This document shows positions 60,401 to 64,000 of a stretch of 64,000 bases of DNA, piece by piece (positions within the stretch are counted from its first letter, which is position 1; the number at the start of each line of letters is the position of its first letter). The notes beneath the pieces were generated by a model that was not told the origin of the DNA, made no database searches, and saw only the letters and a program-made list of their open reading frames with translations. The stretch comes from Pristiophorus japonicus (Eukaryota), in the NCBI RefSeq assembly GCF_044704955.1, contig NC_091995.1, positions 17,918,001 through 17,982,000 of the forward strand. Reading direction: 5' to 3'. Position numbers and translations under genes: made by a program.

Positions 60401-63400
60401 GCCATTCGGCCCATCGAACCTGCTCCGCCATTGAACAAGATCATGGCTGACCTTCGGTCTCAGCTCCAACTTCCCGCCCGATATCCATATACGGTGATTC
60501 CCCATGAGCCAAAAATCTATCCCGCTCTGTCTTGAATATACTCAATGACTGAGCATCCGCAGCCCTCTGGGCTTAATAATTCCGCAGATTCACAATCAAT
60601 GGAGTGAAGAAATTTCTCCTCATCTCAGTACTAAAGGAGACTCCCCAGGCAATGGAAACATCCCTCAGCGTCTGCTCTGTTATGATAGTGGACATAATGC
60701 AGAGGCCTGTAGTAATGATGTGAAAACATGAGCTCAAATCCCAACACGGCAGCTGGTAAGGAATTTTTATTCAGTTAATTAAATAAATCTGGAACAAAAA
60801 GCTTGTATCAGTAATGGTGACTATGAAACTACCGGATTGTCGTAAAAACCAGTCTGGTTCACTAACGTCCTTTAGGGAAGGAAATCTGCCTTCACCCAGT
60901 CTGGCCTATAAGTGACTCCAAACCGACAGCAATGTGTTGAGTCTTAATAGGTCTCTGAAATGGCCTAGCAAGCCACCACCAATGTGGCTCACTATCACCT
61001 CCTGGAGGGCAATTAGGGATGGGAAATAAATGAATAAAAAATAAATAAACTTTTCATATTTGAATGTACAGCTTTCCAACTACAGTTCGGTCAAGATCAG
61101 CTAATGGTTTCAACTGAACGATAGCAGTATCGTTTATATAATAAGCCGACTCAATCCCTAACCATCTGCAAATGCTTAGTATTAAATATAATAATGTAAT
61201 ATAATTTCTGTACATAAACTGCAAGCAGCTCACTGCAAATCGTGAATGTAAAAGGAATAATCTAAGAATTGCTGTTAATTATATTTACGGAGGGACACTA
61301 GCTTCATAATGGAATATGGAATTTTTCGAATTCTATTTTGACAATGTGAATTCATTCATCCATTAACAAGGCAGGAAAGCTAAATATCACACCAATCAGC
61401 TAAAGGTTCATTTCCGAATTTAGCCCGGCTTATTTTCTAACCTATTCACGCAAAACGTATTTATCCTGATAAAACAGTGCAATTTGAACAAGTCACTTAT
61501 GAGCTAAACGAAAGTCATCATTCATGCTAAATCACAAAGCAAAAAGACACATTATAGAGCAGTAGAAAAACATTTATACATCATTTTTGAATACAACATG
61601 TTTTTTTTGGGGGGGGCGCGGGTAGGTTTACTAACCTCCGAAATTGTAGGCGATAAATTGTAGAAATCAAAATTAACAATTAATTTGAATAGATACAACA
61701 CTAAAATCAGAGTATCTGGCCATTATAATATTACTGTGTGTGGGAGCTTGCTGTGCTAAAATTAGCTGCCGTGTTTCTTGCATTACAACAGTGACTACAC
61801 GTTAAACGAAGTACTTCTTGATTAAGGCGCTTTGGGAAGTCCGGATATCGTGAAAGGCCTATATAAATGCAAGTCTTTCTTTATAAAAACATCAAAGGTT
61901 TTAGCGCAAACCAAATGTCACTGGCATTAGCTTGCATTTGTATGAATGTATCTACTTTGTGGATATATCCGGAAGCAAAATATTGTTCTTTACAATATTT
62001 ACCTTTTCTCATACCGCAAACTGCGGAGAACATGAGGAAAGCGGCTAAAGCTCCAGCAATGATGTACACGGATGTGAAGCTGAACTGTGACGCCTCGGAT
62101 TTCTCTGTGGTCGGTTTTCCTGGTCGGAAGACAAAATAAGAGATTGGTTTCACCCAGAACACCACTTGCTACCTCCCACTTTCCCTGCGAGTGAATGTAC
62201 ACTGTGCCCCGAAACCAACCAATATATATCGTAATTTCAATGGACTGATGCAGTCGTGCTGGTTTTATCCATCTCTCCTACGTTTGCTGATTGGGCTTGT
62301 GATATTAGTTATTTATATTTTATTATTTTAACGGCTTTTTAAAAATTAATTAAAGTCAATTGTTATCGAAAATATATCGTGACAAAACTCTTAAAGATTA
62401 TAATCTCGTGATTGAATTAGCTGTTCTCAGTACTCTACGCGTTTTTTATGTGTCAGAGTGTATGCATATGTGTTAATGTAGGCATATGTGTTAATGTAAG
62501 CTTGTGTGTGAGTGTTTATATGTGTGTGTATGCATGCGTATCTGCGTGTGAGTGTGTATCCGTGTGTATATGTGTGTGTTTGTGTCTGTATATCTGTCTG
62601 TGTCTGTATCTCTGTTTGCATATCTGTGTGTATATGTGTATGTATGTGTGTGTATGTGCGTGTGTGTGTATAGCTGTGTGTGCACATGTGCGTGTGTGTG
62701 TGTGTATTTGTGCGTGTGTGCATGTGTCTGGGTGTATGAGTGCGTTATTCTATGGGTGTGTGTTTGTATGCGTGTGTGTCTGTATGTGTAAGTTTGTGCA
62801 GACTATCATAACTTTTTAATAAATGTTTTGGTGATAAAGTGGAGATATTTATTAAACACAAAGGGAGACATGCTTATAACCCATGCATCCGGACATAGAA
62901 ATAGAAATAATAACAGAAAAAAATAACAGAAAATGCTGTATTTACTCAGCAAGTCAGATGGCGTCTATTGAGAAAGAAACAGAATTATCGTTTCAGGTCG
63001 ATGGACTTGAGTCAGTATTGGAAAAAAAAGTTAGAGGTGTAACAGATTTTAAGCCATGCGGGGCAGGAATGTGGGGACGGAGGAAAGAATAAAAGAGAAG
63101 GCCTGTGATAGGCAGAAGTGATTATATGACAGAAGGTATGATAGGACAACGCAAAAGTCATAGAAATATAATATTTTCCTCATTTTCATTAGGTTGACAT
63201 ATTTTCTTTACGTGTAAGATCCTCCAAGTTTAGTCTGCTGTGATATAGTAACGGACTGACCGACTCGGGAATTATGGTGGAAAAGTTTGCAAGAAGCAGT
63301 CAACTCACGCAGTACATTAAGCATTGTTCCTTGTCCGTATGTTTCGGCCACTTCCATTAGTTCCACTTTGCAGTAGTAATTCCCTGAATCATACTGTCTC

Positions 63401-63647
63401 ACGTCTTTGATAGAAATGGAAGCGTCCCTCCTTTGCGTGAAATCCTCGGCACTTGCCCGGGATAGACGCCCGCTGAATTCCGTCGTTTGGTCGCTGACTT
63501 CAGGTCCACCTTTAAAGTTTTTGTGCCAATTGAAATTACCGACCCCTGGAGGCCCTTCATGCGTGCAGTTCATGAGCACCGACTGCCTCTCCGTGGCGTT
63601 AATGAAGGACGGGATTTTAATTACTTTGATGTTGTCTGCAGCAATTC
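51403..63647 (-). CDS. NCR3-like: Gene C (5' partial): NKp30/NCR3-like IgV receptor with uncharged TM and long Tyr-motif tail; exons 63647-63309, 62119-62003, 60293-60269, 60154-60120, 59907-59886, 59795-59746, 58404-58383, 58269-58235, 54673-54652, 54546-54512, 54023-53983, probably 53914-53896 and 51410-51403
   Basis: Every exon is flanked by AG/GT, and the phases chain without a stop: tail RK-ALDLARLQ-RNIAPCSNIHFN-ELAPQAQ-SPWMESAFRTCDEINPA-DVPPQFG-RNGPLYDDTDVD-DFSQTLQ-CDDEIYDDIYPN-GMASSVDVSDSNFV-AHSSTS-GL*; the last two exons are less certain; no leader exon found in the window. Confidence 0.8.
51583..52100 (+). mobile_element. Solo LTR inserted in a CR1 3' tail
   Basis: TGTT..AACA ends, AATAAA at ~52049, flanks ggtc/gatc (imperfect 4-bp TSD); flanks rejoin into a CR1 tail. 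Confidence 0.72.
52185..53310 (-). mobile_element. CR1 3' portion
   Basis: LQRDIDRLSEWA..GKCEAIQFG, RPHLQYCVQF, GHSLRIRG, (TAAGAACA) tail. Confidence 0.92.
53491..53590. repeat. 50-bp AT-rich tandem duplication
   Basis: ttgaattttaaaacataattaaattccaatttgatt(a/c)attttaaataagg x2. Confidence 0.9.
53983..54023 (-). CDS. Gene C 41-nt tail exon (GMASSVDVSDSNFV)
   Basis: ttttcttccttttcacaaattatag|41 nt|gtaagt. Confidence 0.78.
54512..54673 (-). CDS. Gene C micro-exon module 4 (22 nt 54673-54652 + 35 nt 54546-54512; DFSQTLQ-CDDEIYDDIYPN)
   Basis: tttccacag|..|gtgcgt; tggtttag|..|gtaagg; 105-nt intron. Confidence 0.83.
55560..56180. repeat. C/T-rich low-complexity tract
   Basis: Mostly (CT)n and Cn on the + strand; the overlapping long ORFs are low-complexity. 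Confidence 0.85.
56570..57065 (+). mobile_element. L2 LINE 3' fragment
   Basis: ..DWL..KQLLDFKI....FTNPSM, ..FWNSPRK.., tail tgtgaagcg..ttgggacgtttt..taaaggtgctatataaat. Confidence 0.72.
57365..58115 (+). mobile_element. LINE 3' fragment (RT C-terminus)
   Basis: Frameshifted ..IDQKLKW..AGQRLGILQRV..RSVIEFSPLA..KLDSIQDKAARLIG. Confidence 0.75.
58235..58404 (-). CDS. Gene C micro-exon module 3 (22 nt 58404-58383 + 35 nt 58269-58235; DVPPQFG-RNGPLYDDTDVD)
   Basis: tttttacag|..|gtcagt; tccctaag|..|gtgagc; 113-nt intron. Confidence 0.83.
59746..59907 (-). CDS. Gene C micro-exon module 2 (22 nt 59907-59886 + 50 nt 59795-59746)
   Basis: atcccacag|..|gttggt; tttcccag|..|gtgagt; 90-nt intron. Confidence 0.78.
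60120..60293 (-). CDS. Gene C micro-exon module 1 (25 nt 60293-60269 + 35 nt 60154-60120)
   Basis: ttcctgcag|..|gtcaat; tcccaaag|..|gtgagt; 114-nt intron. Confidence 0.75.
60363..60640 (-). mobile_element. CR1 3'-end fragment
   Basis: (TAAGAACA) tail and ORF2 end. Confidence 0.78.
62003..62119 (-). CDS. Gene C stalk + transmembrane exon
   Basis: tcttccgaccag|117 nt|gtaaat; RKPTTEKSEASQFSFTSVYIIAGALAAFLMFSAVCGMRK; no charged TM residue. Confidence 0.85.
62445..62795. repeat. Degenerate (TG)n microsatellite
   Basis: Alternating purine-pyrimidine tract of ~350 bp. Confidence 0.92.
63309..63647 (-). CDS. NCR3-like: Gene C Ig V-set (VJ-type) exon, NKp30-like
   Basis: ttggcag|339 nt|gtgagt; MNCTHEG..VGNFNW..EVSDQTTEFSGRL..DVRQYDSGNYYCKVE..YGQGTMLNVL. 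Confidence 0.93.
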
Positions 63648-64000
63648 CTGCCAATAGATGATGATATGTGATTAGCAAGACGCACCGAGTTCTAACTTCA
63701 TCTGAACCAAGTGCTGAAGATGCGGGAGGCCTCCAGTGAAGAGGCCAGAGGGACCGTGCCAATCCGGACAGTCAGTGGTGAAGGGACATTCGAAATGCAG
63801 TAACCTTGATCCCGCTGGGTGTGTTTTTCCAAGGCACCGCGCCATAGTTATGGCCTTATTAGCATGGGAGGATTACGAGACCACCAGTGCACGGACAGGC
63901 ATTTCCAATCAATTAACTTTAGCCGTTTTCTCACAACCCGCCCCGCTGCAGGAGTGGTGGCGTGGGGCCTCGGAAAATAAAATGGATTGGTTACAGCACA

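Noticed and set aside
62427-62819. Cys/Val- and His/Thr-rich ORFs
   Set aside because: Translations of a (TG)n microsatellite
13274-63647. Rearranging TCR/Ig V gene segments
   Set aside because: V and J-like strands are in one exon, no RSS is visible, there are no C-domain exons, and V splices to a TM exon
1-64000. CRISPR array, rRNA or prokaryotic operon
   Set aside because: No regularly spaced repeat-spacer array or rRNA-like sequence seen; the window is intron-containing vertebrate DNA

Overview
Eukaryotic, repeat-rich vertebrate genomic DNA. The CR1/L2 LINE and tRNA-SINE families and the gene content point to a cartilaginous fish (shark-like); this is inferred, not tested. More than half of the window is degenerate CR1 and L2 LINEs and SINEs, plus a complete but decayed Gypsy LTR retrotransposon (39154-43643, TATA target-site duplication), a deleted class III (ERV-L/ERV-S-like) endogenous retrovirus retaining an env tail (45633-48190) and a solo LTR. 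The host content is a minus-strand tandem cluster of three single-Ig-V (VJ-type) NKp30/NCR3-like receptor genes, reconstructed by hand from splice signals. Gene A (CDS 15551->11137) has a transmembrane Arg, and its tail stops at what aligns to a former Tyr codon. Gene B (31462->25885) is a tandem duplicate of A with the TM Arg deleted, an early stop and damaged splice sites. Gene C (V exon 63647->63309, leader outside the window) has an uncharged TM and a long tail made of four repeats of a 22/25-nt + 35/50-nt micro-exon pair carrying YDDT and YDDI motifs. Together they look like a paired-receptor family whose signalling tail is tuned by micro-exon module number. Exon models are sequence-only predictions, and most repeat boundaries are approximate.
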